DNA of 63,768 nt from Actinomycetota bacterium (GTDB lineage Bacteria; Actinomycetota; Coriobacteriia; Anaerosomatales; D1FN1-002): assembly GCA_037445995.1 (NCBI GenBank), contig JBBIJK010000005.1, positions 16,433 through 80,200 of the forward strand, given 5' to 3'. The notes beneath the pieces were generated by a model. That model was not told where the DNA came from, ran no database searches, and saw only the letters and a program-made list of their open reading frames with translations. The position numbers and the translations under genes are program-made. Below, piece after piece: positions 23,664 to 31,881 of the stretch (its first letter is position 1; each line of letters opens with the position of its first letter).

Positions 23664-26093
23664 CTAGTCTCGCAGCTTGGCGCCGAGAGCTCCGCATACC
23701 CTGCTGACCAACCGCTCGTGAGCCTCGCGCACCTCGGCGTCGGTGAGCGTGCGCTCGGTCGAGCGGTAGGCGAGCGCGAACGCCAGGCTCTTGCGGCCCT
23801 CTCCCACCCCCGCGCCACGGTAGACGTCGAACAGGCGCACCGAATCCAGAAGCGGGCCTCCGGCCTTTCGCATCGAGGCGGCCACCTTCTCGGCGGGGAC
23901 ATCGTCGTCGACCACCAGCGCGACATCGAGCTCCACGGCCGGATAGCGGCCGAGCGGCCTGAAGGAGGGAACGTCCTCCGACGCGGCCAGGACGGGATCC
24001 AGGCCGATCTCGAACAGCACGACCGGGCCGTCGGCCCCGAAGGCGTCCAGGCAGTCGGGGTGGACCTCGCCCAGCCATCCCTCCACCGAACCGCGCACGA
24101 GCACCTCGGCGCCCCTGCCAGGCTGGAGGAAGGGCAGATCGGCGGCCCTGACCGACCAGGCGCCGACGTTCAGCGTCTCCATCAGGGTCTCGAGGACGCC
24201 CTTGCCGTCGAAGAAGCCCAAGCGAGCCGGCGCCGGGCCGCCGTCAGCCGGGTCGCTCCACGAGGGACGGGCCCATCTCCCGGCGAGCGCGCCGCTCACC
24301 ATCTGGCGCTCCAGGGGCTGCTTGCGCCCCTCGACAGCCGAGAACACCGTGCCGATCTCGTAGAGGTGCACGTCGGCCACGCCCCTGCGCTGGTTGGACG
24401 CGACAGCGCGCAACAGCCCCGCCGCGATCGTGGGGCGGAGCACCGACTGCTCCACCGACATCGGGTTCAGCAGCTCGACGACGCCCTGGCCACCAGCCGG
24501 TCCCCAGCGCAGACGCTCCAGGTCCGATGGGTCCGCGAACGCATAGGTCAGGGTCTCGCTCAGGCCGGCGGCCCGCATGCCCTCGCCAGCCCGCTCGCGA
24601 AGCCGCTGCTCGCGGGTCAACCCGCCGATCCGCCCACGGCCCGCGGGCAACGTGCCCGGTACGCGGTCCATCCCCCAGAGACGGACGACCTCCTCCACAA
24701 GATCGATCTCCCGCTCCAGGTCGGGCCGGTACGTCGGCACGGTCACCTCGAGCGTCTCCCCTCCAGACACGCCCAGCCCGAGGCGCGTAAGGAGGTCGGT
24801 GACCTCCCCGGGCCCTAGCGAGGTCCCCAGCACCGAGTTGAGCTTCGCCACCCTGAGTTCGATCACGCGAGGGTGGGCCGGCCGGGCGTACTCGTCGACC
24901 ACGCCGGGCGCCACCGTGCCGCCCGACACCTCGACGATGAGGGCGGCGGCCCGGTCGAGCGCCGCAACGCACCCGTCGGGGTCGACGCCCCGCTCGAACC
25001 TGACCGACGCCTCGCTCACGAGGCCGAGCGAGCGGCTGGTGCGGCCGATCGAAGCGGGCGCGAAGCAGGCGGACTCAAGGAGCACGTCGACCGTCGACCC
25101 GGACACCTCGGTGTCCTCGCCCCCCATCACGCCGGCGAGGGCGACCGGACCTCGCGGGTCGCAGATCAGGAGCATCCCGGGCTCGAGCTCACGGTCCTGC
25201 CCGTCCAGCGTGCGAAGGCGCTCCCCGGCCGCCGCGGGCCGCACGACGATGGTCGTCCGGCCGTTTTCGCAACCCAAGGTGGCGGCGTCGAAGGCGTGCA
25301 GCGGCTGCCCGAGCTCGTAAAGGACGTGGTTAGTGACGTCCACGATGTTGTTGATGGGGCGCGAGCCCGACGCCGCCACCCGCTCGGCCAGCCACTTGGG
25401 CGAAGGCCCGACCTTCACCCCGCGTATCAGCCTTGCGGCGTACCGTGGGCACAGGTCGGCGTCCTCTATGCGGACCTCCACGGCGGACCCCGCCGCCTCT
25501 CCCGATTCGACCGGCGAGGACGAGGGTGTCCTGTGGCTCGTGCCCAGGATAGCGGCGACCTCCCGCGCGATCCCGACCATGGACATGCAGTCCGGCCTGT
25601 TGGGTGTCACCTCAAGCTCGAGCACCGCGTCCCCCTCACCGTGGTACTCGCCGAAGGGGGTGCCCACGGGCGCGTCCTTGGGGAGGATGAGCAGGCCGCG
25701 ATCGTCGCCGGGTAGGCCGAGCTCCCCGGGGGAGCAGTTCATGCCTTCGCTGACCACGCCCCGGAGCTTCGTCTTCCTGATGGTCGCGCCGCCAGGGAGT
25801 GTCGTCCCCGCAAGAGCCACCGGGACCCTGTCGCCAGCCTCGAAGTTGTCCGCGCCGCAGACTATCGAGAGGGGTTCAGCGCCGCCGACGTCCACCCGCG
25901 TGACCCACAGCTTGTCTGCGTCCGGGTGACGCTCCTTGGTCACCACCCTGCCCACGACGACGCCCTCGAAACCGGCGGCGTCATCATGCACCGCCTCCAC
26001 GGCGGTACCGGTCATCTCGAGGCGCTCCGCCAGCGCGGCGGGCGACAGGTCTGTGTCGACCAGCTCACGCAGCCATCTCATCGATACGAGCAT
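23664..26093 (-). CDS. pheT: Phenylalanine--tRNA ligase beta subunit
   Basis: 809 aa. N-terminal MLVSMRWLRELV, tRNA-binding (EMAP-like) domain, B3/4 and B5 domains and the C-terminal FDVYRG motif. Confidence 0.95.
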   Translation of the reverse strand: MLVSMRWLRELVDTDLSPAALAERLEMTGTAVEAVHDDAAGFEGVVVGRVVTKERHPDADKLWVTRVDVGGAEPLSIVCGADNFEAGDRVPVALAGTTLPGGATIRKTKLRGVVSEGMNCSPGELGLPGDDRGLLILPKDAPVGTPFGEYHGEGDAVLELEVTPNRPDCMSMVGIAREVAAILGTSHRTPSSSPVESGEAAGSAVEVRIEDADLCPRYAARLIRGVKVGPSPKWLAERVAASGSRPINNIVDVTNHVLYELGQPLHAFDAATLGCENGRTTIVVRPAAAGERLRTLDGQDRELEPGMLLICDPRGPVALAGVMGGEDTEVSGSTVDVLLESACFAPASIGRTSRSLGLVSEASVRFERGVDPDGCVAALDRAAALIVEVSGGTVAPGVVDEYARPAHPRVIELRVAKLNSVLGTSLGPGEVTDLLTRLGLGVSGGETLEVTVPTYRPDLEREIDLVEEVVRLWGMDRVPGTLPAGRGRIGGLTREQRLRERAGEGMRAAGLSETLTYAFADPSDLERLRWGPAGGQGVVELLNPMSVEQSVLRPTIAAGLLRAVASNQRRGVADVHLYEIGTVFSAVEGRKQPLERQMVSGALAGRWARPSWSDPADGGPAPARLGFFDGKGVLETLMETLNVGAWSVRAADLPFLQPGRGAEVLVRGSVEGWLGEVHPDCLDAFGADGPVVLFEIGLDPVLAASEDVPSFRPLGRYPAVELDVALVVDDDVPAEKVAASMRKAGGPLLDSVRLFDVYRGAGVGEGRKSLAFALAYRSTERTLTDAEVREAHERLVSRVCGALGAKLRD

Positions 26094-26123
26094 CCTGATC
26101 CTTCCACCCTTCGCGAGCGGCTT

Positions 26124-27182
26124 TCAGTACTGCCGCAGGAACCTCATGTCGCTTTCCACCAGCAGTCGCAGATCCGGGATGCCGTACCGCAGCGCGGCGA
26201 TACGCTCGGCGCCCATGCCGAACGCGAACCCGGTGTGACGCTCCGGATCCACGCCCACGAACCCGAAGACGTTGGGGTCGACCATCCCGCACCCCATGAT
26301 CTCCAGCCAGCCGGTCCCCTTGCAGAAGCGGCAGCCCTCGCCGTCGCAGATCCCGCAGGACACGTCCACCTCGGCCGAAGGCTCCGTGAACGGGAAGAAG
26401 TGCGGCCGGAACCTCGTCCGGCGGTCCGGACCGAACATCGCGTGGCAGAAGTGGTCGAGCGTCCCCTTGAGGTCGCCAAACGTGATGCCCTCGTCGACGA
26501 CCAGACCCTCCACCTGCGAGAACTGAGGCAGGTGACTCGGGTCCGCGACGTCGCGGCGGTACACCTTGCCGGGCGCGACGATGTAGATGGGCGGCTGGTT
26601 CGCCTCCATGTACCGAACCTGCACCGGGCTGGTGTGGGTGCGCAGAAGGAGGTCACCGCCGCTCTCGGCGCCCGGACTCCCGGACGTGTCACGGACGTAG
26701 AAGGTGTCCTGGAGGCTGCGCGCCGGGTGGTCGGGAGGGGTGTTCAGGGCGGTGAAGTTATAGTGGTCCAGCTCGACCTCGGGTCCCTCCGCGACCCGAT
26801 AGCCCAAGCCGACGAATATCTCGACGATCTCGGAGACGATGCGGTCGATCAGGTGCCGATGCCCAGGAGCGCGGCGACGGCCCGGAAGGGTCACGTCCGC
26901 CGCCTGGGCCGCTATGCGAGCGGCGCGCTCGGCGCCGCCCAGCTCCGCGCCCCTGACGGAGAGCGCCTCCTCAAGCGCCTCCCTCACGGCGTTGGAGGCC
27001 TGGCCGATGGCCGGGCGCTCCTCGGCCGGGAGCGAACCCAGCCCTCGCAGAACGCCCGTCAGCGAGCCCTTCTTGCCCAGGTAGCTCACGCGCACCGATT
27101 CGAGTGACGCCGTGTCGGTCGCGCCCGCGATGTCGGCCAGCCCCGCGCCTTCAAGTTCCCTGAGCCTTTCGAGGATGTCCAT
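26124..27182 (-). CDS. pheS: Phenylalanine--tRNA ligase alpha subunit
   Basis: ORF 26124..27665. The conserved protein starts at MDILERLRELEGAGLADI (ATG 27182). Class II motifs present (FRPHFFPFTEPSAEVD, GFAFGMGAERIA). The upstream extension overlaps the T-box leader. Confidence 0.9.
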   Translation of the reverse strand: MDILERLRELEGAGLADIAGATDTASLESVRVSYLGKKGSLTGVLRGLGSLPAEERPAIGQASNAVREALEEALSVRGAELGGAERAARIAAQAADVTLPGRRRAPGHRHLIDRIVSEIVEIFVGLGYRVAEGPEVELDHYNFTALNTPPDHPARSLQDTFYVRDTSGSPGAESGGDLLLRTHTSPVQVRYMEANQPPIYIVAPGKVYRRDVADPSHLPQFSQVEGLVVDEGITFGDLKGTLDHFCHAMFGPDRRTRFRPHFFPFTEPSAEVDVSCGICDGEGCRFCKGTGWLEIMGCGMVDPNVFGFVGVDPERHTGFAFGMGAERIAALRYGIPDLRLLVESDMRFLRQY

Positions 27183-27189
27183 GGACCAC

Positions 27190-27478
27190 CTCCTCCGTAC
27201 GAATGTAAAGGAGCCAGCTCCGTCCTCCAAGGACGGGAGCCGGCTCCCGCGGTACCACCTCGGTTGGCCGCCTCTGGCGACCCTCTCATCGCCGCCGGCA
27301 GTGCCGGCGGCCCCGGCCCTGCGACCGGCAAGCCCGATATCGGGGGCACCGGCTCCCCTACTCGACCCTAGCGGGCCTTTCGGTTCGCGACTGAGGAGTG
27401 AACCGGTCCTCCCCCGCTCGGACCCCTCGCAGTCTGGGGGGTCCTCCCTTTGGAGCGGGTGGCCGAAGACCGCCTCTC
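27190..27478 (-). promoter_or_regulatory. T-box riboswitch leader, Phe specifier (UUC)
   Basis: The reverse strand shows the T-box core GAGGUGGUACCGCGGGAG (27246..27259 region) and an AGGGA (AGVGA-type) box. The specifier-loop 3' side reads GG-UUC-A followed by CUCC, which pairs with the 5' GGAG; UUC is at 27402..27400. A hairpin gagccggctcccgtcc/ggacggagctggctc followed by CUUU lies before the pheS RBS GGAGGAGG. Confidence 0.75.
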
Positions 27479-27480
27479 CG

Positions 27481-27894
27481 TTAGCGCCTCTGCCTGTGCG
27501 ATTGAGCCGAGATTCTAGCACACGCCGCAGCAGCCGAGCGTAGCGCCGAGCAGGCCTTCCCGGTCCGGAGGACCACCACCACCTTCCCCATGACCGACCT
27601 GGCGGCGACAGGGTCGAGGTCGGCCGACGGATTGGCGTCTCCGCGGGTGACCAGAGCGCCGTCACCTCTGACGCTCACGACCCTGTGCAGCACCGGTGCC
27701 GCCCCCGGCCCCTCGAACAAGGCGATGTCGCCGGCGCGGAGCGTGGATGGACGCGCCACCAGGCAGACGTCCCCCCATGACATGGCTGGCTCCATCGACG
27801 AACCCGTTACCAGGATCGGCCTGTAGACCGCCGGCAGCGCCGCTAGAACGACCAGAACCGGCACCCACGCGACGCCCGACCTTCCCGTCCCCAT
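27481..27894 (-). CDS. Signal peptidase I, SipW/Sec11-type (S26B)
   Basis: 137 aa. TM anchor, then VTGSSMEPAMSWGD (catalytic Ser box) and LHRVVSVRGDGALVTRGDANPSADLDPV (His box / GDxN...D). ATG overlaps the stop of the upstream TasA-like gene (ATGA). Confidence 0.75.
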   Translation of the reverse strand: MGTGRSGVAWVPVLVVLAALPAVYRPILVTGSSMEPAMSWGDVCLVARPSTLRAGDIALFEGPGAAPVLHRVVSVRGDGALVTRGDANPSADLDPVAARSVMGKVVVVLRTGKACSALRSAAAACARISAQSHRQRR

Positions 27895-28379
27895 CAGCGC
27901 GTCTGCTCAGCGCCCACGTTCACAGTCAACTTCACGTAGTCGCCCATCAGCGAGACGCCCGCTGTCGCGGGAAGCCCCACGCCGAACCTCAGCTGATGCC
28001 TGGCACCGGCCTGCAGGGTGACGGGAGCCGTGCGCATGGACGACATCTTGCCGTCGTACAGCACTCGCCCGCTCTCGTCGAGGACCCTGCAGGTGAGAGC
28101 CTCGTACATCTCGGTGAAGCCAGCCTTCTTGGCCCCGGTCACAACGATGTCCGCCGCGAGCGTGCCGCCGTTGACAACGGTCAGCGACCTCCACTCGACC
28201 ACCCCGGGAGCCAGGGCGCTGACGCTGAGCGCGGCCGACGTGGGTTCGGCGGAGACTGCCACCCGGCCCGCCGTGATCACGTTCTCCGGGACCGCCGCCT
28301 GCGAGGTGAAGTACGCTCCCGCGCTGCCCGCACCCGCCGCCACCGCCAACGCACCGACCGCCAACAACAACCTCTTCAT
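27894..28379 (-). CDS. TasA/camelysin-like secreted protein with a SipW-cognate signal peptide
   Basis: 161 aa. N-terminus MKRLLLAVGALAVAAGAGSAGAYFTSQAAVPENVITAGRV has the AYFT/S...N.ITAG signature of SipW-dependent signal peptides. Immediately upstream of the SipW-type peptidase. Confidence 0.65.
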   Translation of the reverse strand: MKRLLLAVGALAVAAGAGSAGAYFTSQAAVPENVITAGRVAVSAEPTSAALSVSALAPGVVEWRSLTVVNGGTLAADIVVTGAKKAGFTEMYEALTCRVLDESGRVLYDGKMSSMRTAPVTLQAGARHQLRFGVGLPATAGVSLMGDYVKLTVNVGAEQTR

Positions 28380-28562
28380 GCCGCACCTCCGTCGATCGTG
28401 CCGAGGGGAGGCTCATCCGGCTGCGACGCCCCGCGGGCGCCCGTGGGAAGACTCGCGCAAGCGGATGACCGCGCTCCAACCCCGGACGTACCGCGCAAGG
28501 ATTTGACCGGTCGACGGGGTACGGGTATCAAGTTCAGGAAGGCTTCGGGAAGGGGTTGCGGC

Positions 28563-29063
28563 ATGCGAACGGCGACGATGGCGACGGCCCTGGTGCTGCT
28601 GATGACACTCGTCGCCGGCTGCGGCCAGGAATCCGACGCGGGCTCCAGCTCGACCGACGTCTCGACCAGCACCGCCGGCGACATCAAGAGCACCGACGCG
28701 GCGGGCCTGTGGGACATCATCACAGCGGAGGACTACCTCTCGTGGGACCGGCCCGCCGGTGCCGCAGACACGATATCGTCCAAGGGACCGCACGGTGACG
28801 AGGTCGACCTCTACATCAACGACGTGGTCGCGGCGACCGGGGCAGGAGCGTCCGCGTGGCCGGAGGGCTCAGTGGTCGTCAAGGAGGCCCGGGCCGGGGG
28901 CTCACTGGTGGTGATCGCGGCCATGTGGAAGCGCGACGGCGCATGGCTGTGGGCTGAGTACGAGCCCGACGGTCGCGTCATCATCGAAGGCGAGGCCGCG
29001 CCAGCGTGCGCGGGCTGCCACGCCAGCGGGCAAGACTCGGTGATCGCCTTCGACCTGCCCTAG
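28563..29063 (+). CDS. Cytochrome P460-like heme c lipoprotein
   Basis: Only the last 166 codons of ORF 27696..29063 look real. MRTATMATALVLLMTLVAGC is a lipoprotein signal. The pattern HGDEVDLYINDV...WPEGSVVVKE...VIAAMWKRDGAWLWAEYEPDG...PACAGCHASGQDSVIAF, with a single C-terminal CXXCH, matches the P460 family layout. Confidence 0.55.
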   Translation: MRTATMATALVLLMTLVAGCGQESDAGSSSTDVSTSTAGDIKSTDAAGLWDIITAEDYLSWDRPAGAADTISSKGPHGDEVDLYINDVVAATGAGASAWPEGSVVVKEARAGGSLVVIAAMWKRDGAWLWAEYEPDGRVIIEGEAAPACAGCHASGQDSVIAFDLP

Positions 29064-29069
29064 AAAGCC

Positions 29070-29101
29070 GATGAGGCCCGCCGTGTCCGGTGGGCCTCAT
29101 C
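29070..29101. terminator. Hairpin between convergent genes (P460-like and rplT)
   Basis: Perfect 10-bp stem GATGAGGCCC / GGGCCTCATC with a 12-nt loop. Followed on the minus strand by GGCUUUCUA. Weak U-tract. Confidence 0.45.
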
Positions 29102-29132
29102 GTGGGTTACGCCGCGTGGCGGTGCGTTCCTG

Positions 29133-29492
29133 TCAGGCGCTCGCCTTGTCCTTGGCCAGCTCGGCGAGCTTGGCGAAGGCCGCCGGATCGTTGACGGCCA
29201 TGTCGGACAGGATCTTGCGGTCCAAGGTGACCTCGGCCACCTTGAGCCCGTGCATGAATGCGGAGTAGGACAGGCCGTTCTGACGGGCGCCGGCGTTGAT
29301 GCGCGCGATCCACAGGCGGCGGATCTCCCGCTTGCGGTTCCTGCGGTCGCGGTACGCGTACTGCAGCGAGTGCTGGACCTGCTCCTTGGCCTTGCGGTAG
29401 GAACGACTCCTGGTCGCGTAGTAGCCCTTCGCGCGAGCGAGGACTGTTCGACGCTTCTTCCGGGCGGCAACGCCCCTCTTCACCCTAGGCAT
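29133..29492 (-). CDS. rplT: 50S ribosomal protein L20
   Basis: 119 aa, [25 protein letters not shown]..., canonical L20. Confidence 0.95.
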   Translation of the reverse strand: MPRVKRGVAARKKRRTVLARAKGYYATRSRSYRKAKEQVQHSLQYAYRDRRNRKREIRRLWIARINAGARQNGLSYSAFMHGLKVAEVTLDRKILSDMAVNDPAAFAKLAELAKDKASA

Positions 29493-29531
29493 CGGACTTC
29501 ACTCCAATCGTTGTTCGGCGGCGAACCGGGT

Positions 29532-29729
29532 CTACCCGATGCCGAGGTTCTTCTTGATGACGTTCGCGTCAGAGGGGTGCACCAGCGAAGCCTCGCGGAA
29601 GGCGCGCTTGCGCTTGGGACTCTTCTTCTCGAGGATGTGGCTCTTGAACGCGTTGCCCCGGCGGAGCTTGCCCGACCCGGTCGTCCTGAAACGCTTCGCT
29701 GTGGCCTTGTGTGTCTTCATCTTCGGCAT
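29532..29729 (-). CDS. rpmI: 50S ribosomal protein L35
   Basis: 65 aa, [24 protein letters not shown]..., canonical L35. Confidence 0.95.
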   Translation of the reverse strand: MPKMKTHKATAKRFRTTGSGKLRRGNAFKSHILEKKSPKRKRAFREASLVHPSDANVIKKNLGIG

Positions 29730-29739
29730 GGGCTGCTCC

Positions 29740-30360
29740 CTACTCCTCGGCGACCGCCGCCGCGTCCCCGGAACCGGGATCGGCGTCTGTCGCGGCCTCG
29801 GCCGGGTCGGCGTCGGCGCTAGCTTCCTTCTTGGGGTCCTTCTTGGTCGGGGCGATCAGCATGAACATGTTGCGCCCCTCCAGCTTGGGCTCGTTCTCGA
29901 TGACGGCGAGTTCCCTGAGCTCGCCGGCGAGCCTCTCCAGGATCGCAAGGCCTCGCTCGGCATGTGCCATCTCGCGGCCACGGAACATGATGGTGACCTT
30001 CACCTTCGCCCCGCCGTCCAGGAACCGGATGATGTGCCTCTTCTTGGTCTCGTAGTCGTGCCGGTCGACCTTGGGCCGGAACTTCATCTCCTTGATCTGG
30101 ATCATGGTCTGGTGCTTGCGCGCCTTCTTGGCCTTGATGGCCTCCTCGTACTTCCACTTGCCGAAGTCCATGATCCGACCGACGGGCGGGTCGGCGTTGG
30201 GCGCCACCTCCACGAGGTCCAGGCCCTGTTCGTCGGCGATCTGCTGGGCGTCCGCGGTGTTGAAGATCCCGAGCTGGGACCCGTCGACACCTATCAGGCG
30301 CACCCGAGGCGCCCTGATCTTCTCGTTCACTCGCGCGTCAACTGCGCTTATGTCCGTCAC
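29740..30360 (-). CDS. infC: Translation initiation factor IF-3 (start codon uncertain: GTG 30360 or ATA 30351)
   Basis: Conserved [22 protein letters not shown] and C-terminal domain. An acidic, low-complexity C-terminal tail follows. GGAGGTG overlaps the GTG itself and sits 8 nt upstream of an ATA codon. Confidence 0.9.
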   Translation of the reverse strand: MTDISAVDARVNEKIRAPRVRLIGVDGSQLGIFNTADAQQIADEQGLDLVEVAPNADPPVGRIMDFGKWKYEEAIKAKKARKHQTMIQIKEMKFRPKVDRHDYETKKRHIIRFLDGGAKVKVTIMFRGREMAHAERGLAILERLAGELRELAVIENEPKLEGRNMFMLIAPTKKDPKKEASADADPAEAATDADPGSGDAAAVAEE

Positions 30361-30594
30361 CTCCGCGTGTCACGCCCCGGCATACGGGGCCCTTCCATCG
30401 CACTCCGGAAAGCAGGACGCCCGGCGGCGGGAGCCGTCCGGGCGTGAACGACGCGATGCCCCGGCACAGGTCCGGGTCGCGCTCTCTCGACCAGACAGCC
30501 GCGCTCAGGGAGCGCGCCGCAAGGTGGGGACCACCTCGACCCCGAGGGGCGGGGTCCCGCTTCCGATGTTCGATTGTGGAGCGTGAGTATACTG

Positions 30595-31788
30595 TCAGGC
30601 GTCCGCGGAGTCCAGCGGCGAATGCTCCCGCGGAAGGCGCAGCGTGAAGGTGGACCCGACGCCCGGCTCGCTGACGACTGTCACGTCGCCGCCCAGCATC
30701 CTGGCCAGCCGCCTCGACACCGCCAAACCCAGACCTGTACCCTTCGGCTTGCCGGCCCTCGCAGACTTGGCTTGGAAGAACTCGTCGAAGACGAGCTCGA
30801 TCTGAGCGGCGGCGATACCGCAGCCTGTGTCCGACACCGACACCTCGGCGCCGTCCGTCGTGAGCTCGCACCCTACGGTGATCAGACCCGTCTCGGTGAA
30901 CTTGACGGCGTTGGACAGCAAGTTGAGCACGATCTGCCTGACGCGCGTCGTGTCCGACATCACCGGGACGGAACCTTCCGCGGACTCGAACCTGAGCCCC
31001 AAGCCACGCTCCTCCGCGAGCAGCCGGACGGACTCGACGCACTCGCCCGTGAGGGCAGCCAGGTCGACCGCCTCCTGCTCGAACCGCAGTTCGCCCGCGC
31101 GTATCCTCGACAGGTCCAGCATGTCCTCGATGATCGCGAGCAGGTGCCGGCCCGAGGCGTTGATCGCGGCGATCTGCTTGCGCTGCTCCTCGCTCAGCTC
31201 GCCGGCGAGTCCGGACAGCAGCACGCCCGAGAACCCGATAATGGAGTTGAGCGGCGTCCTGAGCTCGTGGCTCATGTTGGCGAGGAAGGAGTCCGACGCC
31301 GCACCGGCGGCCTCGAGGCTTCTCACCAGCGTGCGCAACTCGTCGGTGCGCGCCTCGACGGTGGCCTCCAGGATGTGGTTGGCCTCCTTCACCCGCTCCT
31401 CAGCCAGGACGTACCTGGTGATATCCCTCAGGACGTGCACGAAGACCCCGGTCTCCAGCGAATCGCCGCCGGGAGACACCGCCACCTCGCAGATCCGATC
31501 TCCAATCGGGACGATCGTCGCGCACGTGGAGCCGAGCTCCAGCATCTGCCTTGTGGGGCAGGCGGGTACGGGCTCAGATGCTCCGTGCACGACCTCGTGA
31601 CATCGCCGTCCCAGCATCTCGGCCTCCGCCAGACCCGCGAATTCGCACATAGCCCGGTTGACGAGGCTGATCCTGTAGTCGAGGCCGGCAACCATGACGG
31701 CCTCCGAGATGCCGTCGAACAGGGTTCGCCACTCTATCGGCGCCCCCTCGACGGGGTAGGTGCCCCTGGGATGTGCCCCTGCCGTCAC
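30595..31788 (-). CDS. Cytoplasmic PAS-domain sensor histidine kinase (no adjacent response regulator)
   Basis: 397 aa. PAS-like N-terminus, H-box SHELRTPLNSIIGFSGVL, N-box LLSNAVKFT, G-boxes DTGCGI and GTGLGLAVS. Confidence 0.85.
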   Translation of the reverse strand: MTAGAHPRGTYPVEGAPIEWRTLFDGISEAVMVAGLDYRISLVNRAMCEFAGLAEAEMLGRRCHEVVHGASEPVPACPTRQMLELGSTCATIVPIGDRICEVAVSPGGDSLETGVFVHVLRDITRYVLAEERVKEANHILEATVEARTDELRTLVRSLEAAGAASDSFLANMSHELRTPLNSIIGFSGVLLSGLAGELSEEQRKQIAAINASGRHLLAIIEDMLDLSRIRAGELRFEQEAVDLAALTGECVESVRLLAEERGLGLRFESAEGSVPVMSDTTRVRQIVLNLLSNAVKFTETGLITVGCELTTDGAEVSVSDTGCGIAAAQIELVFDEFFQAKSARAGKPKGTGLGLAVSRRLARMLGGDVTVVSEPGVGSTFTLRLPREHSPLDSADA

Positions 31789-31881
31789 GCCGCTCCCTCG
31801 CGTCGGACCCTTCCGGACACATACTGCTCCGCAGAAGCCGAGCGGGCAACACCGTCCGTCGGATGACCGCGAGTGGCGAGA

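Noticed and set aside
27696-28562. 5' two-thirds of plus-strand ORF 27696..29063.
   Set aside because: It overlaps the minus-strand SipW-type peptidase and TasA-like genes, and its translation is Pro/Arg-rich. Only the part from the ATG at 28563, which starts with a lipoprotein signal, looks like a real protein.
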